From contig OY282441.1 in the NCBI GenBank assembly GCA_958296105.1, forward strand, positions 405,800 to 469,799: a stretch of 64,000 nucleotides of DNA, written 5' to 3'. Positions within the stretch are counted from its first letter, which is position 1, and every line of letters begins with the position of its first letter. The position numbers and the translations under genes were made by a program. This document shows, piece after piece, positions 38,598 through 49,053 of this stretch. The stretch is from an uncultured Dehalococcoidia bacterium (GTDB lineage: Bacteria; Chloroflexota; Dehalococcoidia; Lucifugimonadales; UBA1123). Under the pieces are notes generated by a model that saw only the letters and a list, made by a program, of their open reading frames with translations, did not search any database and was not told the origin of the DNA.

Positions 38598-38801
38598 CTT
38601 CTAGACGATTCGAGTAACCGCCTAGAAGCGCGGGGGCCATGCGGCATCGGTTCTCTGAGAGATGCCGCTCAACGGGGACTTGCGCCAAGGGACAGGGACA
38701 CCCAGCCCCGATCCAACCCATGGATGTGTGGTACACGATGGGAGAGATTGATTACTTTCCCCACCGTTGCTAAACTTGAGTCCAAACAGAGTCTGGAACG
38801 T

Positions 38802-38875
38802 GTCCCTGTAGCTCAGCTGGATAGAGCGGCTGCCTTCTAAGCAGCGGGTCGCGGGTTCGAATCCTGCCAGGGACG
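38802..38875 (+). tRNA. tRNA-Arg (TCT)
   Basis: Acceptor GTCCCTG/CAGGGAC, D arm GCTC-AGCTGGATA-GAGC, anticodon loop CTTCTAA, T arm GCGGG-TTCGAAT-CCTGC. CCA is not encoded. Confidence 0.9.
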
Positions 38876-39226
38876 CTCCATACTTGACACCCACATGATA
38901 GGCTTCATACTCACTTCCACGCTGTCCTGACGTTCGCCAATCTCCAATATAACTATCTAAATATATCGTGAATCCGACTGCGCACCACGTGATAACCCCC
39001 AACTTCAATATTGCGCATTTCCGAATATGCCATGTATATATCTTCCCAAAAAATCTAAATATCTGCATATGCGGGATGGACTGTTTCGCGTCCATCCCCA
39101 CAGTGGGAACGCGCCCCCAAACCTCTAAAGCCCCTTCAGGCGAATGGGGATATATCGGCTAGATTCATGCTCGGATCACTGGATTACGCCATCAGGATAA
39201 ATCGGGATAAGGAATAAGCTCGGATT

Positions 39227-39907
39227 ATGTTGCGCGGTGAAAGCATGAGTGGCGATAATTTCAGCGACCGTCTCTGGCAGATGGCCTCTCCGATATGGCA
39301 GGCTATCGAGCGCCACCCGTTTCTGATGGAGCTGGAAGCGGGGACGCTGCCGCTGGATAGGTTCCGATACTACGTCCTTCAGGACTATCTCTACCTCGGC
39401 GCGTTTGGACGCTCGGCCGCCGCCGCTCTGTCGCTCGCGCCCGATACGGAAACCGCTAGAAGGCTGCTGAAGCGGGTATCCACCCCGGTCGAGAGACCAC
39501 TTCACGCCGGCCTGTTCGATGCGCTCGGCGTGACACAGGATGACGTCGACTCCTGCGTACCCTCCCCCACCAATCTCGCTTACATGAACCATATAGAGGT
39601 CTCGATGCGGTTGGACGGCCTCGCCTGCGGAGTTGCCGCGCTGCTGCCGTGTCCGCGCATCTACCACGAGGTGGGCAGGATACTGAAGAAACCCGATCAC
39701 CATATCTATGAGATATGGCAGTCTTCCTACGCCGAAGGGCTGCTCGAACAGAGCTCCGCCGCGTGGTCCTCCCTCGTTGACGATATGGCGCGCGCCTCCG
39801 GCCCCGCCGTCAGGGACGGGATGGCGCAGGCTTATTTGACTAGCGCGCGCTATGAGCATATGTTTTGGACAATGGCGTACAATTGCGAGCGCTGGCCTGT
39901 GGAGTGA
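39227..39907 (+). CDS. tenA: thiaminase II / aminopyrimidine aminohydrolase (TenA family)
   Basis: [46 protein letters not shown]. The likely start is the ATG at 39245. Confidence 0.85.
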   Translation: MLRGESMSGDNFSDRLWQMASPIWQAIERHPFLMELEAGTLPLDRFRYYVLQDYLYLGAFGRSAAAALSLAPDTETARRLLKRVSTPVERPLHAGLFDALGVTQDDVDSCVPSPTNLAYMNHIEVSMRLDGLACGVAALLPCPRIYHEVGRILKKPDHHIYEIWQSSYAEGLLEQSSAAWSSLVDDMARASGPAVRDGMAQAYLTSARYEHMFWTMAYNCERWPVE

Positions 39908-39963
39908 GCCGACAACCGTCTTACGAACAGCCGCCGGCGCCAAATCTACGAATGGAGGGCAAA

Positions 39964-41451
39964 ATGAGCCCACGCAGGTTCGCAGGAACCGTAAACGCGC
40001 CGGACTTTCCGGACGATCTCGACTGGCTGAACTCGGACAGGCCGCTGAAGATAGCGGACTTCGGCGGGAAGATCCTCATACTGGACTTCTGGACGTACTG
40101 TTGAATCAACTGCATGAATGTATTTCCGCAGTTGCGGAAACTGGAGCAGAAGTACGCGGGTGAGCTTGCCGTCGTGGGCGTTCACTCCGCCAAGTTCAAC
40201 GCGGAGAAGGCCACCGACAACGTGCGCAAAGCCATACTCCGCTACGAGATAGAACACCCCGTAGTCAACGACGCCGACTTCCGCGTATGGCAAGACTACG
40301 CAGTTCGCGCATGGCCCACGCTGATGTTCGTCGGGCCGGATGGCAGGGTCATCGGCAAGCACGAGGGCGAGTTCCCCATAGACGCGCTCGACAGCGTTCT
40401 ATCCACCATGATCGACGAGTACGACGAATACGGTCAGATCGAGCGCGCTCCCCTGCACTTCAAGCTAGAAAGTGAGAAGGAGTGGGAAAGGCCGCTGTCG
40501 TTCCCAGGCAAGGTTCTCGCCACCGAGCGCGGCCTGTTCGTATCCGACTCGAATCACAACCGCATCGTCTGGACAGACCTGAACGGCGTGGTCAAGGCGA
40601 TAATCGGTTCAGGGGAAACCGGACTGAAGGACGGGCGCGCGAACGAAGCCTCGTTCCACGACCCGCAGGGCTGCGACCTCGACTACCCCATGCTCTACGT
40701 CGCAGACACCAAGAACCACGCGATCAGGGCAATAGACCTCGAATCGCTCGAAGTCAGGACCATCGCCGGCACCGGCGAGCAGGCCAGAGGCTTCCGCACC
40801 GGCGGCGGCAACGCGCGCTTCGTTGCGCTCAACTCGCCCTGGGACGTGGAGAAGGTCGGCAATACGCTGTACATCGCCATGGCCGGCTTCCACCAGCTCT
40901 GGAAGCTCGATCTGACTGGCAGGACGGTCGGCATCCATGCGGGCAACGGGCGCGAGAGAATCACGGACGGCCCGCTGCAAAGAGCCGAGCTTGCGCAGCC
41001 GAGCGGCATAGTCAGCGACGGCAAGACCATCTACTTCGCCGACAGCGAAACCAGCTCGATCCGCCAAGCGGCCATCGACCCTATGGGTTCGGTGGATACT
41101 CTGGTCGGGCTGGACCTGTTCACCTTCGGAGACGTGGACGGCATAGGCGATCAGGTCAGACTCCAGCACCCCATCGGCATCGAGCTTTACGAGCGTGTCC
41201 TGTGGATAGCGGACACGTACAACAACAAGATCAAGCGGCTGGATCCCGATTCGCGCCTGTGCCGCGCGGCGTTCGGCTCCGGAGCGGTCGGAAGCGAAGA
41301 CGGAGACGCGGCGCAAGCCACGTTCTCCGAGCCCGGCGGAATCAGCGCCCATCAGGGCAAGCTGTACATAGCCGACACCAACAGCCACCTCATCCGAGTT
41401 GCAGATCTCGATTCCAAGCGGGTCGAGACCATCGAGATAAGGGGAACGTGA
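39964..41451 (+). CDS. thioredoxin-like domain + NHL-repeat protein with in-frame TGA (40102-40104) in the redox motif; candidate selenoprotein, otherwise a pseudogene
   Basis: ORFs 39865-40104 and 40114-41451 are in the same frame. Read-through gives [21 protein letters not shown], followed by a Trx fold and five NHL-like repeats ([76 protein letters not shown]). GGAGGG lies upstream of the ATG at 39964. Confidence 0.6.
40123..40140 (+). promoter_or_regulatory. SECIS-like hairpin downstream of the in-frame TGA
   Basis: UUUCCGC-AGUU-GCGGAAA: a 7-bp stem with a G-containing tetraloop, starting 18 nt after the UGA. Confidence 0.4.
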
Positions 41452-43514
41452 GCGCAGCGCAAATGCCCAACCGTCTTTCCTCAGAGACCAGCCCATACCT
41501 GCTTCAGCACGCCGACAACCCCGTGGACTGGTATCCGTGGGGCGAGGAGGCGTTCGAGGAGGCGCGCAGGCGCGACGTCCCCATCATGCTCAGCGTGGGC
41601 TACTCATCGTGCCACTGGTGCCACGTCATGGAGCGGGAGTCGTTCGAGAATCCCGCCACCGCCGCGCTGATGAACGAGCGCTTCGTCAACGTAAAGGTGG
41701 ACCGCGAGGAGCGGCCAGACGTGGACTCGGTTTACATGACGGCGGTTCAGGCGCTGACCGGACACGGCGGCTGGCCGATGACCGTCTTTATGACCGCGGA
41801 CGGCGAGCCGTTCTACGGCGGAACGTACTTCCCGCCTGACGACAGGGGCGGCCTGCCCGCATTCCCGCGCGTTCTGGAGGCGATCTCGAACGCTTTCACC
41901 GCCAGACGCTCGGACGTCATGTCCACCAGCAGGCAGCTCGTCGAGAGAATCGGTCAAACCTTCGCCGCAGAGCGCGGCGTCGATCCTCTGACGGACGGCG
42001 TCGCGCGCTCCGCGTTCCACACGCTTTCCAGCCAGTTCGACGGCGCATCCGGCGGCTTCGGAATTCAGCCCAAGTTTCCACAGCCCGCCACTCTCGAATT
42101 CCTGCTGCGCTGCCACGTCAGGACAGGCGCGCCCCAGCCCCTCGAAATGGTGGAGCTTACGCTGGACAGGATGGCTGCCGGCGGCATACACGACCAGATC
42201 GGGGGAGGCTTCCACCGCTACTCCACAGACGCCTTCTGGCTGGTTCCCCACTTCGAGAAAATGCTGTACGACAACGCTCTGCTTGCTTCGCTGTACACCC
42301 GCGCCTGGCAGGTGACGGGAAACGCGCAGTACGGCGCCGTGGCTCAGGGAGTCGTGGACTACGTTCTCAGGGAGATGACTTCGCCGGACGGCGGCTTCTA
42401 CTCGGCGCAGGACGCCGACAGCGAGGGCGTGGAGGGCAAGTTCTTCGTGTGGCGACCCGAGCAGCTGGCGGCGATTCTGGGCAGAGACACCGCCTCCATC
42501 GTCGCAGACTACTACGGAGTCACCAGAGAGGGCAACTTCGAGGGAATGTCCATCCTGAACGTCCCACGTCCCGCGGCGCAGGTCGCCGCGCGCCACTCGA
42601 TGGCGGAATCCGATCTGACGTCGCTCGTCGAATCGGCGAATGCCAAACTGCTGGAAGCGCGCTCGGAGCGCGTCCCGCCGATGACGGACACGAAGATCAT
42701 CACCGCGTGGAACGGGCTGATGCTGGCGGCGGTGGCGGAGGCCGCAGCCGCCTTCGACAGGTCGGACTACCTAGAAGCAGCGCGCGCCAACGCCGCGTTC
42801 CTGCTGAGCCGCATGAGTCGAGACGGGCGGCTGAGAAGGACGGACAGCGCATCCGAAAACGGCGCGATGGGATTCTTGGACGACCACTCAGCGCTCGTCA
42901 GCGGCCTGCTCGCGCTCCACCGCGCAGACGGCGACCCTGCCTGGCTGCTGGAAGCCGAAAGGCTTGCTCGGCGGACGATAGACCTGTTCCGGGACCCGCT
43001 GCGCGAGCAGCTCTTCGACACGGGGAGCGATCAGGAGAGCCTGATAGTCCGCCCGCGAGACGTGACGGACAACGCCCTGCCCTCCGGCCACTCGATGATG
43101 GCGGACGCGCTGATTCGCCTCTCCTCGATCACTGGCGACCACGATCTGCGCTCGATAGCCGCAAGCGCGCTCAGGGGCGTGCGCGGAATCATGGCGCAGT
43201 TCCCCACAGGCGCCGGTCACTGGCTTTGCGCCCTAGACTCGTATCTCTCGGAGTCGAAAGAGGTCGTCATAGTGACCGGGTCGCAGTCTTCGGACGCCAG
43301 GCCGATGCTGCGCCGCATCGCCTCGGATTACCACGCAGGGGCGGTCGTCGTTGCCGCGCCTGAGTCGGATGCAGAGCGAAGCGACTGGCCCATCTTCCGG
43401 GGTCGCTCCGCCACTGATGGAAAACCCACCGCATACGTCTGCCGCAGCTACGCCTGCCGCCTTCCCACCACCGACGCCGATACCATGATGACGGAGCTTG
43501 CGCGGCTGGACTGA
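41448..43514 (+). CDS. yyaL: thioredoxin-domain protein YyaL (DUF255 / SSP411-like)
   Basis: [22 protein letters not shown]...[16 protein letters not shown] plus a six-hairpin glycosidase-like C-domain. The GTG at 41448 overlaps the upstream stop; the ATG at 41463 is an alternative. Confidence 0.9.
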   Translation: MSAAQMPNRLSSETSPYLLQHADNPVDWYPWGEEAFEEARRRDVPIMLSVGYSSCHWCHVMERESFENPATAALMNERFVNVKVDREERPDVDSVYMTAVQALTGHGGWPMTVFMTADGEPFYGGTYFPPDDRGGLPAFPRVLEAISNAFTARRSDVMSTSRQLVERIGQTFAAERGVDPLTDGVARSAFHTLSSQFDGASGGFGIQPKFPQPATLEFLLRCHVRTGAPQPLEMVELTLDRMAAGGIHDQIGGGFHRYSTDAFWLVPHFEKMLYDNALLASLYTRAWQVTGNAQYGAVAQGVVDYVLREMTSPDGGFYSAQDADSEGVEGKFFVWRPEQLAAILGRDTASIVADYYGVTREGNFEGMSILNVPRPAAQVAARHSMAESDLTSLVESANAKLLEARSERVPPMTDTKIITAWNGLMLAAVAEAAAAFDRSDYLEAARANAAFLLSRMSRDGRLRRTDSASENGAMGFLDDHSALVSGLLALHRADGDPAWLLEAERLARRTIDLFRDPLREQLFDTGSDQESLIVRPRDVTDNALPSGHSMMADALIRLSSITGDHDLRSIAASALRGVRGIMAQFPTGAGHWLCALDSYLSESKEVVIVTGSQSSDARPMLRRIASDYHAGAVVVAAPESDAERSDWPIFRGRSATDGKPTAYVCRSYACRLPTTDADTMMTELARLD

Positions 43515-43778
43515 AGCGATTCGGAGGAGACCGTCGCGCCACAATCCCCGAACGACTCGCTCGCTCGCGCAGTAAGTGAGGCGGCTTCTGCGCCGATGAT
43601 AAGCTGCTCCAGTCGCCGAACACGAAGGCGATGCGCCAGCTGCCGCATACGCGAACGCTCCACTGAGATAGAGCGCAACGCTCATGCGCGGCGATGCGAG
43701 CGGAATCTATCTACCAAGTCGCGCCCGTGTTGCGCTGGCTCTTGGGATAATCTACTATTGTCTCTCGGAGCGAGACGC

Positions 43779-45230
43779 ATGACCTTAGATATGAATTCGA
43801 TCATCCCGCAGCTCCAAGCCGTCGTGGGCGCGGAGTACGTCATCCACAAGCCCGAAGACCTCATCGTGTTCGAGTACGACGGCTCCGTGGACCGCGCGCT
43901 TCCGACCGTCGTAGCCCTGCCGGACAGTGCCGAACAGGTCTCCGAATGCGTCAAGATCGCGGAGCGGAGCGGTCTGCCCATCGTGGCGCGGGGGGCAGGC
44001 ACGGGGCTGAGCGGCGGAGCGGTCGCCGAGCATGGCGGACTCGTGCTGGCGATGACTCGCATGACGCGCATCCTCGAAGTGGACGTGGAGAACCGAGTCG
44101 CCATAGTCGAGCCCGGCGTGGTCAACCTGCATCTGTCCGAGCAGGTCTCCAAACACGGCCTGTACTTCGCGCCCGACCCGTCCAGTCAGCGCGCCTGCAC
44201 TATCGGCGGCAACGTTGCCGAAAACTCCGGCGGCCCCCACTGTCTCGCCTACGGCGTCACCACCAACCACGTTCTCGGTCTCGAAGTGGTGTACGCGGAC
44301 GGCGGAATCGAATGGGTCGGCGGCATCCACCGCGAATCTCCCGGCTTCGATCTCAGGGGAATCATCATCGGATCCGAGGGGACGCTGGCCATCGTCACCA
44401 AGATAGCCGTCCGCCTGCTGCGCCAGCCCGAAGCGGTCAAGACGCTCTTGGCGGTGTTCAGCGAGCTGGACGACGCGAGCGCGGCGGTGTCGGGCATCAT
44501 CGGAGCGGGCATCGTTCCAGCGGCAATAGAGATGATGGACGAGCTTTGCATCAGCGCAGCCGAGGCCGCAGTTCACGCCGGATACCCCGAAGGCGCGGGC
44601 GCCGTCCTGCTCGTGGAGGTGGACGGACTCGCGGAGGCCGTGGAGGAGGAGGTCGCGGCGGTCGAGGAGGTCTGCAACCTGTACGATCCGCTCGAAATCA
44701 GGACAGCCACCGATCCGGTCGAGCGCGAAAAGCTGTGGTCCGGGCGCAAGGGCGTTCTCGGCGCGCTCGGACGTCTCGCGCCCAACTACCTGCTGGTGGA
44801 CGGCACCGTTCCAAGAACGCGGCTGGTGGAGACGCTCTCTCGAATAAAGGGCATCTCCGAGCGGACGGGATACCCAATCGCCAACCTGCTGCACGCCGGA
44901 GACGGCAACCTGCACCCCTCCGTTCTGTTCGACGAACGGAAGCCGGGAGATACCGAGGCGGCGCTGAAGATAGGCGGCGAGATACTCGAGCTGTGCGTCG
45001 AGGTGGGCGGCGTCCTGTCTGGCGAACACGGGATCGGGCTGGAGAAGCAGGAGTACATGCCGCTCATGTTCACGGACGCGGACATGGACGTCATGGCGCG
45101 GCTGAGGCCTTCGTTCTCCACGAACAACATCTTCAACCCCGGAAAGATATTCCCGACCGGGGCGTCCTGCTCGGACATCAGACAGATGGCTGCGGCGATA
45201 CAGCGCGCCGGGCCGGGCGCTTATGTCTAG
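43779..45230 (+). CDS. glcD: glycolate oxidase subunit GlcD (FAD-linked oxidase)
   Basis: ARGAGTGLSGGAV FAD-binding motif and GEHGIGLEK near the C-terminus. Confidence 0.9.
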   Translation: MTLDMNSIIPQLQAVVGAEYVIHKPEDLIVFEYDGSVDRALPTVVALPDSAEQVSECVKIAERSGLPIVARGAGTGLSGGAVAEHGGLVLAMTRMTRILEVDVENRVAIVEPGVVNLHLSEQVSKHGLYFAPDPSSQRACTIGGNVAENSGGPHCLAYGVTTNHVLGLEVVYADGGIEWVGGIHRESPGFDLRGIIIGSEGTLAIVTKIAVRLLRQPEAVKTLLAVFSELDDASAAVSGIIGAGIVPAAIEMMDELCISAAEAAVHAGYPEGAGAVLLVEVDGLAEAVEEEVAAVEEVCNLYDPLEIRTATDPVEREKLWSGRKGVLGALGRLAPNYLLVDGTVPRTRLVETLSRIKGISERTGYPIANLLHAGDGNLHPSVLFDERKPGDTEAALKIGGEILELCVEVGGVLSGEHGIGLEKQEYMPLMFTDADMDVMARLRPSFSTNNIFNPGKIFPTGASCSDIRQMAAAIQRAGPGAYV

Positions 45231-45236
45231 CGCGCC

Positions 45237-46547
45237 ATGCCGACAGATTCCCTTATGATCACCCGGCATCTGCGAACGCGCGATGACCTTGCGAGCTCGA
45301 CCATAGACGGCGTGGAGCCGATCTCGGCAGTCGCGCCGTCCAGCGAGGACGAGCTGCGCGAAGTCGTGGGCGCGGCGGATGGCGAACGCCTCGCGCTGTA
45401 CCCGCGCGGCGGCGGAACGCGCATCGGGCTGGGCGGAATTCCCGCGCGCCCCGGAATAGTGGTGGACATGACGAGGCTCAACCGCGTGGCGGCGCACAAC
45501 GCCGGAGACCTCACCGCCACGTTCCAAGCGGGGGCCAATATGCGGATGGTCGCCGAGACGCTGGCGCAGCAGGGGCAGATGCTCGCGCTCGACTCTCCCC
45601 TGCCCGCGCGCTCCACGATCGGCGGGACGCTCGCCACCGGTCTCAGCGGGGCGCTCAAGTGGCACATGGGCCACGCCAGAGATACCGTCATAGGCATGAG
45701 GGTCGTGCAGCCGAACGGCTCGGTCACCAAGAGCGGCGGCCAAGTCGTGAAGAACGTCAGCGGCTACGACATGTCCCGTCTTCACATCGGCGGACTGGGC
45801 AGCCTCGGCGTCATACTGGAAGCCAGTTTCAAGCTGACGCCGATTCCGATGTACGAGCGCACGATACTGGCATCGTTCGACTCGCTGGAAGGCGCGATGG
45901 ACGTCTCCATGAGTGTGTTCAACTCCCACGTCATGCCGCTGGCGCTGGCGTCTTTCGGAGATTCGACGGCGCGGCTCATGGACGTCGATCCCGCGCGCCC
46001 GGGATCCCACGTCGCGTTTCGGCTTGGGGGAAGGCCGCGCACGCTGGATCGGCAGGTGGATGACGTGGTGAAGGCGTGCCGAGAGGCGCGCGCGGCTCAC
46101 ATCGGCGAATCGCCCACGCCCAGACTGTGGCGCGCGATCTCCGACTTCGGATGGGACGCCGATTCCCTCCCCGATCTGGGCATGAGGATAACTGCCCTGC
46201 CCAGCCAGACGGGGGACGTCATCGCCGCAGTCGAGGGCTGCGCCGCTCCGGATATGGAAGTGGCTTGGCTGGCGCATCCGGGATTCGGCACGGTGGAAGG
46301 CGCGTGGCTTGGCGCTAGCTCCGAAGGCGCCAGCGCGGAAGACCTAATTGACATAATCTCCGAAGCCAGAAGGCGCGTCCTCACGCTGGGGGGGTGGGCC
46401 ATAGTCCTGCGCTGTCCGACTGAGGTCAAGCGCAGAGTCGACGTTTGGGGCGGCGAGCCGCGAGGGTCGAGCGTGATGCGCGAGCTGAAGGCTCAGTACG
46501 ATCCGAACGACACCATGAACCCAGGCCGATACGTGGGGGGCATCTGA
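45237..46547 (+). CDS. glcE: glycolate oxidase FAD-binding subunit GlcE
   Basis: FAD_binding_4-like N-terminus (YPRGGGTRIGLGG, VKNVSGYD). It sits between glcD and glcF. Confidence 0.8.
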   Translation: MPTDSLMITRHLRTRDDLASSTIDGVEPISAVAPSSEDELREVVGAADGERLALYPRGGGTRIGLGGIPARPGIVVDMTRLNRVAAHNAGDLTATFQAGANMRMVAETLAQQGQMLALDSPLPARSTIGGTLATGLSGALKWHMGHARDTVIGMRVVQPNGSVTKSGGQVVKNVSGYDMSRLHIGGLGSLGVILEASFKLTPIPMYERTILASFDSLEGAMDVSMSVFNSHVMPLALASFGDSTARLMDVDPARPGSHVAFRLGGRPRTLDRQVDDVVKACREARAAHIGESPTPRLWRAISDFGWDADSLPDLGMRITALPSQTGDVIAAVEGCAAPDMEVAWLAHPGFGTVEGAWLGASSEGASAEDLIDIISEARRRVLTLGGWAIVLRCPTEVKRRVDVWGGEPRGSSVMRELKAQYDPNDTMNPGRYVGGI

Positions 46548-47881
46548 TGGTCGAGGCGAAACACGGAGAGGCGCGCATAGCCCCCGATTTCCTGTTCTCG
46601 GGGCCGGACGCGCCGGAAGAGTCCGACCTGTACAAGTGCGTCCACTGCGGATTCTGCCTTCAGGCGTGTCCGACGTATCTGGAGACGGGCCTAGAAACCG
46701 AATCGCCGCGCGGACGGATCGCGCTGATGAAGGCGGTGAACGAAGAACGGATCGGCATGACGGATTCGGTAATCAGGCACTGGGACTTGTGTATCCAGTG
46801 TCGGGCGTGCGAGGTGGCGTGTCCGTCCGGCGTTCCATACGGCAGCCTGATAGAGGCGACGATGGCGCAGGTGGAGCGCCGCCGCAAGCCGGGAGCGCTG
46901 GCGCGGTTTGCGGAGAACGTGTCGCTGAACCACGTCCTCCCGCATCAGGGCAGGCTGAAGCTGCTCATGTCGGCGGCGAAGGCTTATCAGCGCTCCGGGG
47001 CGCAGTCGCTGGTTCGCAAATCGGGCGTCCTGAGACGTCTCGCGCCCTCGCTGGCGGACATGGAAGCGTCCATGCCGCGCGTGTCCTCCACCTACTTCAG
47101 CGCGAAGGGGCAGACGGTGGAGGCGGAAGGAGAAGCTCGCGCGCGGGCTGCCATTCTATCCGGCTGCGTCATGCCCTTGGTGAACGGTCCCGAGATGGAT
47201 GCGGTGGTCAGGGTACTGGCGCGAAACGGCTGCGAAGTGGTCGCGCCCGAGCGACAGGTCTGCTGCGGCGCGATCCACTCCCACGTTGGATATCTGGACG
47301 CCGCTAGGAAGATGGCGCGCCGAAACATAGACGTCTTCTCCGAAGCGGGCGTCGACGCCGTCGTGGTCGCCTCCGCCGGCTGTGGATCGCGGATGAAGGA
47401 GTACGCCCATCTTCTGCGAGACGATCCGCAATACTCGGAAAAGGCGCGGCGCTTCTCGGATATGGTCAAGGATATTCACGAATTCTTGGTGGAGCTGCCG
47501 TTCGTCCCGCCGCGCGCCGCGCTCGATTGCAGGGTCACGTATCAAGACTCGTGCCACCTCGCAAACGCTCAGCGGATAACGTCTGCGCCGCGCCGAATTC
47601 TGGACTCGATCCCCGGGATGGAGTTCGTGGAGCTGCCCAACGCGGGCCGCTGCTGCGGCGCGGGCGGCACGTATACGATAACCGAGCGCGAATTCTCGCT
47701 GCGCGTGCTGAATTCCAAGATGGACGATTTCGAAACGACGGGCGCGGACGTGCTGACGACCGCCAACCCCGGATGTCTGATGCAGCTTCAGTACGGGATC
47801 GCCGAGCGCGGCCTGCCCGCGCAGGTCAAGTACGTGACCGATCTGCTGGACGAGGCTTACAGACGTGAGAGAAGTGGCTAG
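46547..47881 (+). CDS. glcF: glycolate oxidase iron-sulfur subunit GlcF
   Basis: Two 4Fe-4S motifs (CVHCGFCLQACP, CIQCRACEVACP) and two CCG domains. The ATG overlaps the glcE stop (ATGA). Confidence 0.9.
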   Translation: MVEAKHGEARIAPDFLFSGPDAPEESDLYKCVHCGFCLQACPTYLETGLETESPRGRIALMKAVNEERIGMTDSVIRHWDLCIQCRACEVACPSGVPYGSLIEATMAQVERRRKPGALARFAENVSLNHVLPHQGRLKLLMSAAKAYQRSGAQSLVRKSGVLRRLAPSLADMEASMPRVSSTYFSAKGQTVEAEGEARARAAILSGCVMPLVNGPEMDAVVRVLARNGCEVVAPERQVCCGAIHSHVGYLDAARKMARRNIDVFSEAGVDAVVVASAGCGSRMKEYAHLLRDDPQYSEKARRFSDMVKDIHEFLVELPFVPPRAALDCRVTYQDSCHLANAQRITSAPRRILDSIPGMEFVELPNAGRCCGAGGTYTITEREFSLRVLNSKMDDFETTGADVLTTANPGCLMQLQYGIAERGLPAQVKYVTDLLDEAYRRERSG

Positions 47882-48079
47882 CAGTCGGCGGGCTTCGCAG
47901 CTCGGCTCTCTTTGTCGAGCTTGCAACGGTATGCAGACCGAGACCAAGTTAGAATGGCGACTAACGAATCCCACTTCCCCGAATGACATAAGACGTGAAG
48001 GCTGAATGTGAATCAACCGCATATCGGCAGTAAAGTTTCGGCAACAACCTAACGACAACGCAAATACAGGAGGAATATC

Positions 48080-48871
48080 ATGGATCTTGGACTTCATGGA
48101 AAAGTGGCGGTAGTCACTGGCGGAAGCGAGGGAATCGGCAAGGCGGCGGGGGCAAGCATGGCCGCCGAGGGCGCGGACGTGGTCATAGCCGCGCGAAGGC
48201 CCGACGTGCTGGACGCGGCGGCGGCTGAGATCCGCGCCGTCTCGAATCACCGCGTCTTGGCGCTTCCCACAGATATCATGGACTCAGAGCAGGTGAACAA
48301 CCTGATCGAAACGACAATGAGCGAGTTTGGACGCATAGACATCTTGGTAAACAACGCGGGGACGTCCGCAGGCGGGCCGTTCCTGAGCGTGGACGACGAG
48401 GGCTGGCAGCACGACCTCGATCTCAAGCTGTACGGCGCGATCAGAACCTCTCGGCTGGCGCTTCCCATCATGCGCGAACAGGGCGGCGGGCGTATCATCA
48501 ACGTCACCAACCTGGGCGCGAAGGCGCCTGGCGCGGCGTCCGTGCCGACCTCCGTCAGCAGAGCCGCAGGAGTCGCGCTGACCAAGGCGATGTCCAAAGA
48601 GTTCGCCGCCGACAACGTACTGGTGAACACCGTGTGCATAGGCCTGATCAAGAGCGGACAGCACGAAACGCGCTTCAGGGCGATGCGAGAGACCAATCCC
48701 GATCTGACGCTCGACCAGTTCTACGCAGACATGGGCGAGCGCGTCCCGCTCGGTCGCGTGGGCGAGGGCGCCGAGGCGGGAGACGTGATCGCGTTCCTAG
48801 CGTCCGAGCGCGCCAGCTACCTGACGGGCATCGCCGTGAACATAGACGGCGGCTCTTCGCCGGTGGTGTAA
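48080..48871 (+). CDS. SDR family oxidoreductase
   Basis: TGGSEGIGKA Rossmann motif and the NNAG motif. Confidence 0.9.
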   Translation: MDLGLHGKVAVVTGGSEGIGKAAGASMAAEGADVVIAARRPDVLDAAAAEIRAVSNHRVLALPTDIMDSEQVNNLIETTMSEFGRIDILVNNAGTSAGGPFLSVDDEGWQHDLDLKLYGAIRTSRLALPIMREQGGGRIINVTNLGAKAPGAASVPTSVSRAAGVALTKAMSKEFAADNVLVNTVCIGLIKSGQHETRFRAMRETNPDLTLDQFYADMGERVPLGRVGEGAEAGDVIAFLASERASYLTGIAVNIDGGSSPVV

Positions 48872-49053
48872 CAAGATCCAACGAGATGCGCAGGGTCGAT
48901 GGGATGCAAGGGATCCGAGTCCGCGCCACTGTGGGATGGGTTCACGGCCCGACTGTCCTGAAGACCCTGCGCATCTACGTTCGCAGCCCCCAAGTGGCGG
49001 CTGAGTGATCTCATGCCAACGAAGGGCTGGATGGTGACTGTCACCGGCTGCTG

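Noticed and set aside
38622-39101. 159-aa minus-strand ORF
   Set aside because: It runs through tRNA-Arg(TCT); the FEPATRCLEGSRSIQLSYRD stretch is the usual tRNA antisense translation. It also crosses the AT-rich spacer. Not a gene.
39100-39226. TPP riboswitch upstream of tenA (CUGGAUUACGCCA resembles the conserved CUGGAUAAUGCCAGC)
   Set aside because: The invariant CUGAGA element and a convincing P1/P2/P4 pairing could not be found by eye, and the resemblance is short. A covariance scan would be worthwhile, but I do not call it.
39176-39973. 265-aa minus-strand ORF opposite tenA
   Set aside because: tenA on the plus strand has a clear family signature. The antisense ORF has none.
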